The notes: generated from the sequence alone by a model not told the origin. 64,000 nt of DNA from Eledone cirrhosa (GCA_964016885.1 OZ024743.1:332196001-332260000); one strand, 5' to 3'; shown: positions 23,312 through 37,934, counted from the first letter of the stretch. Numbers and translations: made by a program.

Positions 23312-24080
23312 TTTCTTTATTAGCCACAGGGGCACAAAAGAAGGGGACAAATACAAAGGGGGAAGTTTACATAATAAAAACGTGTAAAATACTATCACAA
23401 ATGCAATTTAAAAATTAATAGATTTTCCTCAATAGGGAGAGACATTTCATATGGGTAACACATACCCCCGAAAAAATGTGCAACCCTCGTCTCCAGGAGT
23501 ACGAAGAGTTTGTACCCCTTTCCTCTCTTCCTCTTTTTTCCTCAACCTACAGGCTGATATAGAGAGAAGGCCCATTCACTCGGGCCATTCTCGCCACTTT
23601 CACCCACCTTTCATAAAACTTGCTGGGGTACAGCACCTCTCTCTCCATCCTGATTCTTCTCCCAAAGTGGTATTTGAAAAAAAGAATCAGTTGTTGGCTC
23701 GAGAGAAAGGTGTCTGACCTCAGCCCTTTTAACCTCGTCCACCATACAACCTCTTTCGCCATAGCTATCACACAAAGGAAAACTGCCTCTCCTTTGTTTT
23801 AGAAGGAGGGTGGCGGTTTGATCATGACAATGGACTCGGTGGTCAACCGGATTGGCCCCACCCGCGACAATAGTCGCTCTACATAGCCCCACAGGTCGGT
23901 AACGCCCGGGCTGTGTATGAATGCATACACGGCGGTTTCTTCGTCTTGCACGCATCTCGGACAGATCTTTTTCGAAGGGTCCCTGCCCGGGCGCCCATGT
24001 CTGTAGAGCTTGTCTCGAACTGGTAGAGCTCCTCGGTAGCACTGCCAGGCCAGAGACTTTTGGAAGTTGTCCATCGATCA
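23312..24080 (-). mobile_element. L1/Tx1-like LINE 3' fragment (zf-RVT-like region)
   Basis: SLAWQCYRGALPVRDKL..CPRC..EETAVYAF..LW, then IAMAKEVVWWTR; AATAAA near the 3' end. Second, shorter copy at 29090-29435. Confidence 0.75.
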
Positions 24081-24824
24081 GATAGAAGGCTTTGCAGCAT
24101 TTGTTCTGGCTCTCTGTGCTCTGAGTTCTAATCCCCCCAAGACCAACCTTATTTTTCATTCTTTTGAGGTCAATAAATAAAGTATGAAAGCAGCCAAGGG
24201 AGAAAGTTTGATGCTTTTCACTCCAAATACACAAAGTAAATTCTTGCTGTCAAATGAAACAACCTTATTACAAATAAAGAAATCAAGGAATAAACAGGTC
24301 AGCAGTAAGTATCACCAACAATCAGCAAACAATGCCTTAGCTAGCCTGGACAGCTTTCCAGACTGCCACAAGTGAGACCAGCCAATCAAAAGGTACCTTA
24401 GCTAGCCTGGACAGCTTTCCAGACTGCCACAAATGAGACCAGCCAATAAAACTTGGCACTGTGTTATGGAAGGCAAAAGAAAGCAAGGAAGACCTAAAAT
24501 GAATTAGCCTCAGAACATTGGGCAAGATCTCTGACTGGTAAACAAGGAATGGAAGGATGTACTTGCTCTAGCTGGGAACAGGAAAGGCTGGGTTGCCCTG
24601 ACAGCCTCATATGTCTCAAAGCATGGACGCTTCTAAATAAAGTACCAGTCAAGTACTGGGGTCAATTCTTTCTCTATATCTCTTTCTCAAGAAGAAATCA
24701 GTTGTGTTTTGACATGGAGAGGAATGGGCTCCACCAGGTTTAAATGCCCAAGATACGTTATATAAACGAATGACATCCCTATAATTTAGTACATAAATCA
24801 TAGGTAATTTTCATTGATCAATTT

Positions 24825-25015
24825 AGCAGAAGGAAACTGTGGAAGAGGAAGACCAAGGAATATGTAGGCAGAGCTGAAGGAAGCTGATCTCAAGGAACTA
24901 AGTCTCATATAGGAGATGACAAAGGAAAGGAAAGAAACGAGAGGAAAGAGATGTTCTGGAGAAGACCTGTCTAACTGATGAGAGTAAGGAAATACTGGTG
25001 TAGATGATGATGATG
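24825..25015 (+). mobile_element. Decayed RTE 3' end
   Basis: GGAAGAGGAAGACCAAGG (GRGRPR), GCTGATCTC, AAGACCTGTCTAAC...GATGATGAT. Confidence 0.65.
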
Positions 25016-27495
25016 TACTGGAGAAGGCAGATCTAACCTATGGAGATATTGGTGTAGATGATGATGATGATGATATACCAGTGAAGGCTGGTCTAACCTA
25101 TGATAGTATGGAGATATTGATGTTGATGTACCAGAGAAGGCTGGTCTAACCTATGATAGTATGGAGATATTGGTGTAGATCATGATGTACCAGAGAAGGC
25201 TGGTCTAACCTATGATAGTATGGAGATATTGGTGTAGATGATGATGTACCAGAGAAGGCTGGTCTAACCTATGATAGTATGGAGATATTGATGTTGATGA
25301 TGATGATGTACCAGAGAAGGCTGGTCTAACCTATGATAGTATGGAGATATTGGTGTTGATGATGATGTACCAGAGAAGGCTGGTCTAACCTATGATAGTA
25401 TGGAGATATTGGTGTAGATCATGATGTACCAGAGAAGGCTGGTCTAACCTATGATAGTATGGAGATATTGATGTTGATGATGATGTACCAGAGAAGGCTG
25501 GTCTAACCTATGATAGTATGGAGATATTGGTGTTGATGATGATGTACCAGAGAAGGCTGGTCTAACTTATGATAGTATGGAGATATTGGTGTAGATCATG
25601 ATGTACCAGAGAAGGCTGGTCTAACCTATGATAGTATGGAGATATTGATGTTGATGATGATGTACCAGAGAAGGCTGGTCTAACCTATGATAGTATGGAG
25701 ATATTGGTGTTGATGATGATGTACCAGAGAAGGCTGGTCTAACTTATGATAGTATGGAGATATTGGTGTAGATCATGATGTACCAGAGAAGGCTGGTCTA
25801 ACCTATGATAGTATGGAGATATTGATGTTGATGATGATGTACCAGAGAAGGCTGGTCTAACCTATGATAGTATGGAGATATTGGTGTTGATGATGATGTA
25901 CCAGAGAAGGCTGGTCTAACCTATGATAGTATGGAGATATTGATGTTGATAATGATGTACCAGAGAAGGCTGGTCTAACCTATGATAGTATGGAGATATT
26001 GGTGTAGATGATGATGTACCAGAGAAGGCTGGTCTAACCTATGATAGTATGGAGATATTGATGTTGATGATGATGTACCAGAGAAGGTTGGTCTAACCTA
26101 TGATAGTATGGAGATATTGATGTTGATGATGATGTACCAGAGAAGGCTGGTCTAACCTATGATAGTATGGAGATATTGGTGTAGATGTTGATGTACCAGA
26201 GAAGGCTGGTCTAACCTATGATAGTATGGAGATATTGATGTTGATGATGATGTACCAGAGAAGGCTGGTCTAACCTATGATAGTATGGAGATATTGATGT
26301 TGATGATGATGTACCAGAGAAGGCTGGTCTAACCTATGATAGTATGGAGATATTGGTGTAGATGTTGATGTACCAGAGAAGGCTGGTCTAACCTATGATA
26401 GTATGGAGATATTGGTGTAGATGTTGATGTACCAGAGAAGGCTGGTCTAACCTATGATAGTATGGAGATATTGGTGTAGATGTTGATGTACCAGAGAAGG
26501 CTGGTCTAACCTATGATAGTATGGAGATATTGATGTTGATGATGATGTACCAGAGAAGGCTGGTCTAACCTATGATAGTATGGAGATATTGGTGTAGATG
26601 ATGATGTACCAGAGAAGGCTGGTCTAACCTATGATAGTATGGAGATATTGGTGTAGATGATGATGTACCAGAGAAGGCTGGTCTAACCTATGATAGTATG
26701 GAGATATTGGTGTAGATGATGATGTACCAGAGAAGGCTGGTCTAACCTATGATAGTATGGAGATATTGATGTAGATGATGATGTACCAGAGAAGGCTGGT
26801 CTAACCTATGATAGTATGGAGATATTGATGTAGATGATGATGTACCAGAGAAGGCTGGTCTAACCTATGATAGTATGGAGATATTGGTGTTGATGATGAT
26901 GTACCAGAGAAGGCTGGTCTAACCTATGATAGTATGGAGATATTGATGTTGATGATGATGTACCAGAGAAGGCTGGTCTAACCTATGATAGTATGGAGAT
27001 ATTGATGTTGATGATGATGTACCAGAGAAGGCTGGTCTAACCTATGATAGTATGGAGATATTGGTGTAGATGATGATGTACCAGAGAAGGCTGGTCTAAC
27101 CTATGATAGTATGGAGATATTGGTGTTGATGATGATGTACCAGAGAAGGCTGGTCTAACCTATGATAGTATGGAGATATTGATGTTGATGATGATGTACC
27201 AGAGAAGGCTGGTCTAACCTATGATAGTATGGAGATATTGATGTTGATGATGATGTACCAGAGAAGGCTGGTCTAACCTATGATAGTATGGAGATATTGA
27301 TGTTGATGATGATGTACCAGAGAAGGCTGGTCTAACCTATGATAGTATGGAGATATTGATGTTGATGATGATATACCAGAGAAGGCTGGTCTAACCTATG
27401 ATAGTATGGAGATATTGATGTTGATGATGATGTACCAGAGAAGGCTGGTCTAACCTATGATAGTATGGAGATATTGATGTTGATGATGATGTACT
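25015..27495 (+). repeat. 59-bp minisatellite, ~41 copies
   Basis: Unit GTACCAGAGAAGGCTGGTCTAACCTATGATAGTATGGAGATATTGGTGTAGATGATGAT. Confidence 0.97.
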
Positions 27496-29089
27496 GGAAA
27501 GGACAAGTCAGAGAAAGGAAGACAGACAATGAAATGTAGAGTGTGATGGGAATAGAGTTAGTAATGAATGATATAAAGAGAAATGGAATGAAATGGCTGG
27601 GTTATGTGTTGAGGAAAGATGATAGTGGCTCAGTGAGAGGAGTGATGGGAATGAATTTAGAAGGAAGTAGTGGAAAGGGAGAACCAAACAACGATAGAGA
27701 AAATGAAAGCCAAGGGGTTTTAGACAATCAACAACTGCCACCACCACCAACACTGCCACCACCACCAACAACAACAACCTTCACCTCCATCACCAACAAC
27801 CACCAACACTGCCACCAACAACAACAACCACCACAATCACTAACCAACACTCCCACCACCAACAACAACCAACACTGCCACCAACAACAACCACCACCAC
27901 CCACCACCACCACCCACAACCACCCACCAACAACAACCACCAACCAACATCAACACTGCAACTACCTCCAGCAACAACAACACTGCCACTACCACCACTC
28001 CATATATAATTTCCTGTTTATTAACTTCAAATTTGATTCATAGAAACGATATTTCCTCCAGTATTTACTTCAATGTTTTATCCACCGCCACCATCATCAT
28101 CATTCCATTCAATGCTGGCATGGGTTGGATGGGTTTTCAAAGTCTGAGGATCAAATAGATCAAAGCAACCTCACCTTGCTCATTACATTCCGTATTTGAC
28201 ATGGTTTCTATGACAGGATGCCCTTCTTAATGCCAACCACCTTACAAAGTGGACTGGGTGCATTTTATTGTGGCATCAACACTAACACTTAATAAGGTGC
28301 AACTTGTTCGTTCATTCTTTGAGGCCTTGATCTTCTCCCAGTACACTAGTCCAACCCAAGCTATACAGTCATGATTTCATTGGTGCCACCGCTCTATGCA
28401 CAGCTTGACTCCTTTTTTCTTTCATCCAGTCTTTTCATTCTGCCTTCACCGCCTCCGTCCAACTCTTCAGACCAATTTCTCGACATCTCTCTATCGACTA
28501 CACTCACCACACACACTCTACCTCCATCTTCTATAAGCCTACTGATTCCCACTCCTAGAAACACACACACACTCTTAAACTTATCCTCTCAGCTTCATAC
28601 AGGCAAATAAACACACAAGCACACGCATATACAAGATGATTTTATTTCCCTTTTCAGCTAGATGAGTTTGATCACCTTTTAAAACAAGATCAATTTGTAA
28701 AACATTGCCAGAATCAGCAGTTTTACAAGAGATGGTGACTTGAATAGACCTGTTTATTCTCTAAGAATTTTTTTTTGGGTTTCTGCCACTGCCCAGTCTC
28801 CTCTTTATTTCTATTTCTTCTTTAATTTCTCATTCTCTTTTCTGATAAAGGATTAGTGTCTGAAACATTAAGATTTTTTTCTACTATATCAAGCACAAAA
28901 CTAATAATATATTTCTTCATTGCACTGTGTTGTTTGTTTTGTCATTTCTGTTTGCATGTATGTGTGTGTGTATATATATATACATACACACATACATACA
29001 ATCCTTCTTTGCTGCCAAGGAAGATTAGAGAGAGAGAGAGAGAGGAAGAGAGAGAGACTACCCTAATGGCTCCTTAATATATATATATA

Positions 29090-29435
29090 TATTTATTTGC
29101 CACAAGGGTGCACAAGAGAAGGGGACAATACAAGGACACTGGCCGGGGATTTTACATACAATCGTGTAAAAAAATATTTTCAACAAACAAATTTAACAAT
29201 CAACATCCCCAATAGGGGGGATGCGTTACAAATGGGTTGTTTTATACCCCGTAGATAGAACAACCCTCAACTCCAGGAGCATGTGCAAGTGCTCCTTTCT
29301 TCCTTTTGCTCTCTTCTTCAACCTACAGGTTTATATACAGAGAAGGCCCAATCACTCAGGCCATTTTTGCTACATTCACCCACCTTTCAGTAAATTTACT
29401 GGGGTGCAGTGCCTCTCACTCCACTGATTCTCCTT
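29090..29435 (-). mobile_element. L1/Tx1-like LINE 3' fragment, second copy
   Basis: Colinear with 23320-23660. Confidence 0.7.
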
Positions 29436-30116
29436 AATATATATAGATACCTTATTGATGCCTGGTCAATATATATATAAAGATATACTATCAATCCCTA
29501 ATAAATATATACATAGAAAATACGCTATTGATACCTAATCAATATATATAGAAGAGGTATTATTGGTTCTTCAACAGGATGTATGGAACAGGATATAGCT
29601 AAATGTTAGTACTATACTGCATTAGTATTGTGGTTGTTGTATGTAATAAAGTATATCCTAGTAAAATTGATCAACCAATGGGAAGAAATGAATGTAAAAT
29701 CAATTGTGGCGGTGGTGATGCTTGTGGCAGTGATAATGATGATGATAGTGGTGGTGGTGATTATGGTGATGATGATGATGGTAATGGTGGTGATAATGGT
29801 GATGATGATGGTGGTGGTGATAATGGTGATGATGATGGTGATGGCAGTGGCAGTGATGATGGTGGTGATGGCAGTGGTGGTGGTGGTGATGATGTGGTGG
29901 TGATGATGGTGGTGATGATTGTGGTGGTGATGATGGTGCTAGTGGTGGCAGTGGTGGTGGTGGCAATGATGATGTATGTGGTGGTGGTGGCGGCAATGAT
30001 GATGATGATGATGATGGTGAGGAGGGAGCGGAGGAATGTAGAGTTGAGAACATTTACTTTTAGTATCTACATATTCTATTATAATTTGTGTTATAAACAA
30101 TAGTTATTGAGGCTCA

Positions 30117-30158
<42 letters not shown>

Positions 30159-30804
30159 ATATATATACATGTGTGGGGATGGGGGTATTTTAGTGACTGC
30201 CTCCATTTCTATACCTCCAATACATTAGACAACTGAGGTATGTTAGTTGATTAACAATAATACCAACACCACCAACAACAACCCTACCACCAGCACCGCC
30301 ACCACTACCACTAACCACCTTACTACCACCAACAACAACCCTATCACCATCACCACCACCACAACATCATAATCACTGTTTTCCTCCCTTTTCTCTAGTT
30401 TTTAAGGGAATGGCAAAAGCAAGAATTATTGGTCTTTTAAAGGTGTCTATCTTGAAAGGTTCTTTTGGTAAATATTACAGCTATGTTGCCTGTCATACAA
30501 TATTGAACTGTCTATCAATTGATAAGCTTTCATAGAATACTAGTTGATATCTGCCATAGTAATATGAAGGGTCATGGCCTAATGGTGAGAGTATTGATCT
30601 TTCAATCATAAGGTCAGAGGTTTGAATCTTAGATTGAGTGGCATGCTATCTTCTTAAGCAAGTCACTTCATTTCACATGGCAGGTCTGAGGGCCCTATCA
30701 TTAAAACACCCAAGAAACCTATAAGATGCAACCTCTTAGAAGGCCAGCTAAACCTCTATAGGTGTCAACTGTAACAACGACAATATGATAGAATTTAGAA
30801 TCCC

Positions 30805-31012
30805 TAAATAAAGGTTTATGAACTTCCTACTACCAATCTCAGGGACCCTAAAGAAATAAAGGGTCATAAACCTCCTACCACCAATCCCAGAGACCCTAAA
30901 GAAATAAAGGGTCATAAACCTCCCACCACCAATCTCAGGGACCCTAAAGAAATAAAGGGTTATAAACCTCCCACAACCAGTCTCAGAGACCCTAAAGAAA
31001 TAAAGGGTTATA
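30805..31012 (+). repeat. 48-bp tandem repeat, ~4 copies
   Basis: GACCCTAAAGA at 30844, 30892, 30940 and 30988. Confidence 0.9.
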
Positions 31013-31399
31013 GATACTATCTTTTCTTGATTAAGTGGGTAAAACAAAATATGGCCAAATTACCACCGATATGTAAATGAGAGGAAGATGAGATTCTAAG
31101 GATCCTGCTATTCTCAGGAATATTACCGCTATAAATTAGCTGGGTTTTCAAACTTGGTGTATGTAGACTTTGCTTCCTGAAATATTATTTCTGCAGTTCT
31201 TGCTATCTGTATCAAATATTAATGTAGACCAAATGTCTTGGAGTCATTCAAGGTTTTAGTGAGAACTAAATAAAGAAATAAGTATTTGAAATATGATCAT
31301 GGGATTTCCTCATGGTTAGTTTGAGATTTTAATCTTTTCATGGCTATATTTATAATGAAAAAAAAAAGAACTGTTATAAGTAGATATTATTAATAACAA

Positions 31400-31770
31400 A
31401 GAAATTGGGTGATTTGCTCTTCTTTGCCCACTTATTCCTGGGAGCGATGAGGGGACAAAGCCCTCAAACACTCCTTGCAACAGGATCTAACAGAAGCAGT
31501 CGTCTCCAATTGATCCAGCTGGATCCCCAAGCAAGTCCAGCTGAGCTCATTGATGTTATCCAGCCATCTTGCTCAAGGTTTACCCCTGGGTCTCCTGCTG
31601 GCTAGTTGGTTTTGCCCATAAAAACTGTCCAGCAATTCTAACCACATGTCCATAATATCGGAGTTGCAATCTCTCAATTCAGAGAAGTAGCAGTTCTACC
31701 TGGAATGACTCTCTTATTTCTGAGCTATGCAATCTTTCAAATCACGTTACTCCAAAGACCCATCAGAGTA
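31400..31770 (-). mobile_element. Decayed LINE 3' fragment (RTE-like, distinct family); related copy at 51220-51520
   Basis: Both copies share GATCAGGCTGGATCCCCAAG..GATGTTATCC-like sequence; the 51-kb copy reads MDNIHELGWSHLGI..AVASDRTNW. Confidence 0.55.
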
Positions 31771-32279
31771 AATTATTAATTATTTCATTATGAAGATGGT
31801 ATAATGAAACACTGTATCTGCAAATATTAACAGAGAAATTGGAGGGATTTGCTACAATTATTATTTCATTATAAACACTGTGTTTGTATCATAACAAAAA
31901 GTTTTTAAATTATGATGGAACATTTTAATTTAAATAGGAACACTTTAAAATGAGAGGTTTTGTTTCATAGAAATAAAGCTGGTTTTAAGCAGGATGGTAT
32001 CAAAAGAACTAATAAAAAATAATTTATAATTTAAAATGACATTTTAATTAAACTAGCATTTAATTTCATTTGTTTGGCTAATTTTAAGAAATATAGTCAC
32101 AGATACTTATTATTCCTAAATTAACACTCTGTGACATGTGGACATGTCAACCTGACCCCAAAGATTTAGCAGGTCATCTTGATTCCAGCAATATGTCTTA
32201 CTGGTGCAGTCTTGTCAATATCATGTGTCACCCTGGACCTGGTAGCATCACCTTACATTATAACTCTAGTCATTCTGCT

Positions 32280-32845
32280 TTAATTCTTTCATTGCTGTAT
32301 TTCTCATGAAAGACACCATGTCATTAGCCCTTTCATTATCATATTTCTAATGAAAGACACTGTCTATGTCATTAACCCTTTCATTATCATATTTCTAATG
32401 AAAGACACTGTCTATGCCATTAATCCTTTCATTACCATATTTCTATTTCTAATGAAAGACACTGTCTATGTCATTAACCCTTCCATTACAATATTTCTCA
32501 TGAAAGACACTATGTCATTAGCCCTTTCATTATCATATTTCTAATGAAAGACACTGTCTATGTCATTAACCCTTTCATTACCATATTTCTAATGAAAGAC
32601 ACTGTCTATGTCATTAGCCCTTTCATTATCATATTTCTAATGAAAGACACTGTCTATGTCATTAACCCTTTCATTATCATATTTCTAAGGAAAGACACTG
32701 TCTATGTCATTAACCCTTTCATTATCATATTTCTAATGAAAGACACTGTCTATGTCATTAACCCTCTCATTACCATATTTCTCATGAAAGACACTACTTG
32801 TGTCATTAACCCTTTTCTTACCATATTTCTAATGAAAGACACTGG
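32280..32845 (+). repeat. 48-bp tandem repeat, ~11 copies, resembling a MITE left end
   Basis: Unit ATGAAAGACACTGTCTATGTCATTAACCCTTTCATTATCATATTTCTA; same sequence at the start of 39784-40085. Confidence 0.9.
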
Positions 32846-33989
32846 TGGTAATGGTGATAGTGATGGTTGCGGTGACAGTGGTGGTGGTTGTGGAGACAGT
32901 GACGGTGGTGGTGGTGGAGACAGTGATGGTGGTGATGATGGCAATCATCTAATATATAATACATAGGTGTATAATAGATGTGTATATAATAAATGTGTGT
33001 ATAATTGATGGGTATATAATTGATGGGTGTATAATTGAATGGTGTATAACTGAATAGTGTATAATTGAATGGTGTATAGGATATGTATAATTGTTTCTAC
33101 TTTAGGCACAAGGCCAGCAATTACCCAGTGCATTACTGGTACTTTATTTTATCGACCCCGTAAGGATATGTATAATGAGTGTATATAATAGATGGGTATC
33201 TAAAAGGTGTGTATAATAGATGTGTGTCTAAAAGGTATGTATAATAGATGTGTATATAATGGATGCATGTATAACAGATGTGTGTATAACAGATGTGTAT
33301 ATAATGGATGCATGTATAACAGATGTGTGTATAACAGATGTGTGTATAATAGTGTATGATAGATGTGTATAAATAATGCATGTATAACAGATTTTTTTAA
33401 ATAGATGTCTATAATAGATGTATATATAATAGATAATGGATATAATAGATTGTGTATATAATGGATGTATGTATAATATATGTGTAATTAAAAGATGTGT
33501 ATTACACACACATCCATTAAAGTCTAGATAAAAGCCAGACATTTTTTCTCAGATATTTTATATCAACCAATCACAATGTGAAATTCTTCATATAGATTTC
33601 TAAGGATTCTAATGTAATATTTCATTTTATTAGCTATATTTCACCAATTCTCATTACAGCTCCAAGAGTTTTGTTTCCAATCTCTCTATACACACCCCTG
33701 CTGCACCAATCCACACAAACTTCACTCAATAAAACAATTGATAACCGATTCCTGCAGTCTTAAAGCTGCATTCACTAAACAGATATTTATATAAAACAAC
33801 ATAATTTATGAGTTTGTTTATAAAACAGTGCTGTTAAATCATTGAAAGAAAAAACACTGCGGTAAACACTATAAATGTTACATATAAGTAAACATTTAAA
33901 CACTGTAGTAAATGTTTAACTGCTGAACAGCAGGGTCTCTCTTTGTGCTGAACATAAACAAATATAATGCTCACTATGTTGAATGTGAT

Positions 33990-34245
33990 GGAGGCATGTG
34001 GTCTAGTAGTAAGGGTGTTGGACATATGATCATAATGTTGTGGATTTGATTCCTGGTGTGGGTTGTGTTGTTTTTTTTAACAAAACACTTCCTTTCACAT
34101 TGATCCAATATACTCAGCTGAATATGAGTACTAGCAATAGCTGAGGGGTTAACCCTGTAATGGACTGGCATCATATCCAAAGGGGAGTCTGGTACTCTCA
34201 GATGCTTCACACCACAAAACCTGGATAAGCACCCACCTGAGACAG
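33990..34245 (+). mobile_element. tRNA-derived SINE, family 2, decayed; related copies at ~30568, 39050 (-) and 48028
   Basis: GTGGTCTAGTAGTAAGGG A-box-like, GATTTGATTCC B-box-like, shared body TTTCACATTG..CCA..TACTCAGCTG. Confidence 0.6.
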
Positions 34246-35079
34246 AATTCAGATGTTGAAAAGCAACAAGTACGCATATACACACACACACAAATGGTGA
34301 GTGAACAGAGACAATATATTGTAGAGAGGACTCTTCATTGTTGCTGGGTATGTGACAACATCTAAATTCCTGAGGACACAAAATACACCTAGTACACACT
34401 GTAAAGTAGTAGTGCCAGGTGTCACAATAAAATACACCCAGTACACTCTGTAAAGTGGTTGGCATTAAGAAAAGCATTCAGTACACACTGTAAAATGGCT
34501 GACATTAGGAAGGGCATTCAAGCCATAGAAATCATACCGAAATATGAAACACATGCGACAGATGTGGTATCTGAACAGCCATGTATTGGACTATGACATC
34601 CTGTCCAACCCATGCCAGTGTGAGGATATAAAATGGGGAAAAGTGTGTGGTGTGTGTGTGTGTACTAGCAGGGAAAACAGACATTAATTGGTGAGTCTAT
34701 ATATTCCCACCTTCTTGTGTTACTATTTGCACAACTGTTTTGCACCATGTCCTATCCTGTTTTCAGTCATAACACTTATTAAAGTTATTTGTTTATGTAC
34801 TCACTTTACTGTCCTAGTTGAAAGACACATGTTTCCCTGTCTCTATGCTGTTATACTGTCTTATATGCATCTTTCTGTCAGCTTATATGCATCTAAGCTA
34901 CCATGCAACCTGAACTCAATATTATACAATACCACCTTTATGCACGAAATTGCATTTCCAAGGAGGTGGCTGAAGAGAAAGAAAATAGATGCTTCTGTTC
35001 ATTTATCCCATGTAATTCAACTTTTTTGGGGGGAAAAGAAATTTTATATGATGATGATATATGCACACACACACACACA

Positions 35080-35432
35080 AGGGAAAGTCGATTAAATTGA
35101 CTCCAGTGTATTACTGGTACTTTATTTTATTGACCCTGTAAGGATGAAAGGCAAAGCTAACCTCAACAGGATTTGAACTCAGAACATAAAGGGCTGTAAC
35201 TATGCTACAAAGCATGTCCAATGCTCTATTGATTATTTCCAATCCACCACCCTTATAATAATAATAATTGTTTCTACTTTAGGCACAAGGCCAGCAATTA
35301 CCCAGTGCATTACTGGTACTTTATTTTATCGACCCCGTAAGGATGAAAGGCAAAGTCAACCTCGGCGGGATTTGAACTCAGATCGTAAAGCATGGCGTCC
35401 GACCCTCTACCGATACTGCCAATCCACCACCT
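35080..35432 (-). mobile_element. Two tandem SINE family 1 copies
   Basis: Two GGATTTGAACTC B-box complements, each followed by CCAATCCACC head complements. Confidence 0.8.
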
Positions 35433-36123
35433 TTTCACCATAATAATAATGCGATATAATAATGGTGAAAATGAAATCACGGTTGAAGAAGAGTGGGATA
35501 TGAATTCAGAATGTCAAGGGACATAACTATGCCTCAAAGTGTGTTCGACACTCTAATGATACTGGCAATCTACTGCTCTAACAAAGGTTATAATAGAAAA
35601 TACTTTGCCTAATGTACTACACTGTGGGCATAGAGCCCCAATACCATATGGTTACAAAGCCTAATTGTTAAGCATATATCGGTATATAATCTGATAATTG
35701 TAAACTAAGACTGACAAGTGGAATGACCTCAGTATGAACACTAATTATTGTGATATCACAATGGCATCTTCACCATCCAGCAAGAGATCTTTGTTAATTA
35801 CTTTAGATCGTTAACTAATTAATTTATAGACATAAGAGATGGAGAAGACTCGAAACAGAATGATGGAATGGTAGATATCGACTAACTTAATTTTGTGAAG
35901 ATATCATTACATACACACATGTACACACACATACATACAACACACAAGGGACACACATGGCAAAGGCCACGCACACACACACATAATACACACACATGGT
36001 ACAAACAGAGCACACGCCACACAAGACAAATGACACACAGAGACAAACACGACACATACACCCGATCATCAGCCATATATATATACACCCACACACAGAC
36101 ACAAACTCAACCACCAGCCATAT

Positions 36124-37205
36124 ATCATCATCATCGTTTAACGTCCATCTTCCACGCTTGTATGGGTCTGGACAGGAGTTTTCCCATTTGAGGCAAGATT
36201 GGTTGTCCTGGTGCTATAGGACTGTCTGGCGGGTTTTCTAAGGCTGGATGCCCTTCCTAACACCAACCACGTTTACAGTGTGGACTGGGAGGTTTTTACC
36301 GTGTTACCTACACGGCCACATTACAGCGTGGACTGTGTTTTTTTGTCGTGACACCTACACGACCTCATTTGTTTCGGACTGGATGTTGTGGTACCAACAT
36401 AACTTCACATTTAAGGGGGTGATGTGGATGGGGTGGGGGTAGTGGGACGGGGGTGTATTTTGTTAGAGGTGCCTACTGACTGTAGGTTTGCTTTGTACTT
36501 AGGCAAGGCGGGTCTTCTGTATTACTGTGTAGCGCTAAAGATCTCGATCCAGTGACATTGTCTTGGAGAGGTGTAAGTGTGTGAGGTCGGAATTTATCAA
36601 GTCATCCCAGGTTTTTCTGGGTCTGCCTACTCCATGGCTACCGTCTATTTTTATCACCCTGCACTTTTTTATACAGCTGTCGTCTTTCATGCGCATCACG
36701 TGACCGCACCAATGTAGTCTTCTCTCGAGTAAACAACATCTGATCCCTCTTATTTCTAATTTCTCCCTTAGTTCGTTTATGCTTTGCCGTTCACGTATAT
36801 TACTATTACACATCCAGTGGAGCATGCAAGCTTTTAAACGAATGCCCATGTCTCAATGCCATGTAACATTGCTGTTCGTATGCAGGCATCATACAGCCTG
36901 CCTTTCATTTTTAGAGAGAACCCTTTAGCGGCCAATAGTGGTATAAGCCCTCTGAACTTTTTCCATCCAGTTCTGACTCTAGCTACTGTACTTTCAGAGC
37001 ACCCTCCACCACTGCTGATTTTGTCACCCAAGTAACGGAAGCTGTCCACTATTTCTATAGAACCATCTGTGCAATGGAATGAGCTAGTATTCTGTGGGCA
37101 CTTGCTGCTACTTATTGCACCTGAGCACTGGCCACATATAAAATCTATATTCTTAGTTAGCTTACCTGTGATCCAACTACATCTTTTTTGCACCCATACT
37201 TTGCA
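36124..37205 (-). mobile_element. RTE LINE family B, second 5'-truncated copy
   Basis: Colinear with 6117-7371; inserted into a CACAGACACACACTCAACCACCAGCC-(TA)n minisatellite present on both sides. Confidence 0.92.
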
Positions 37206-37349
37206 TATATATATATACCCACACAGACACACACTCAACCACCAGCCATACATATATATATATATATACCCATACAGACACAAACTCAACCACCAGCCAT
37301 ACATATATATATATATATATATATACCCATACACAGACACACACTCAAC

Positions 37350-37390
<41 letters not shown>

Positions 37391-37934
37391 CCACACAGAC
37401 ACACACTCAACCACCAGCCATATATATATATATACCCACACAGACACACACTCAACCACCAGCCATACATATATATATATATATACCCATACACACACCA
37501 AGTATATATAACATCATACATAAGTAGAAATGATTATATTAAAATATATCAGATAGAAGAAAAAAAATTACCTGAGAGTGTAATCACAGAATTATCACAA
37601 ACATAACTAATTAAATGTAGAAAAACTGAATAGAAAATGGGAAAATAATCTAATTTTTCATTAAAAGCAAAAGAATATTTTAATTTAATTCTTTAATTCT
37701 AACACAAGATAAATAACCATGGAATAGAGAAACTGAATATTTTAAACTATATTATAGAATTTATTTTCTCTCTGCTAACAAGTGTTTTACAGTCAATTTT
37801 TCTTCTAAAACAGGGGTTAGCTTTGCAGGGATGGGGTAGCTTCTCATTGTCTGCAATCCCTTGACTTTCATTTCCTCTATCATGGTTTGGTCTTACCGTA
37901 TCACTACTTCCTTCTAAATTCATTCATATCACTC

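Noticed and set aside
25015-27495. CRISPR-like regular array (also 55567-64000)
   Set aside because: No unique spacers, no cas genes and a eukaryotic context; these are plain tandem repeats.
29700-30020. Gly/Asp-, Val/Met- and His-rich ORFs (also 27730-28000, 44370-44530 and 49000-49570)
   Set aside because: Degenerate (GGT/GAT)n trinucleotide repeats that are open in several frames.
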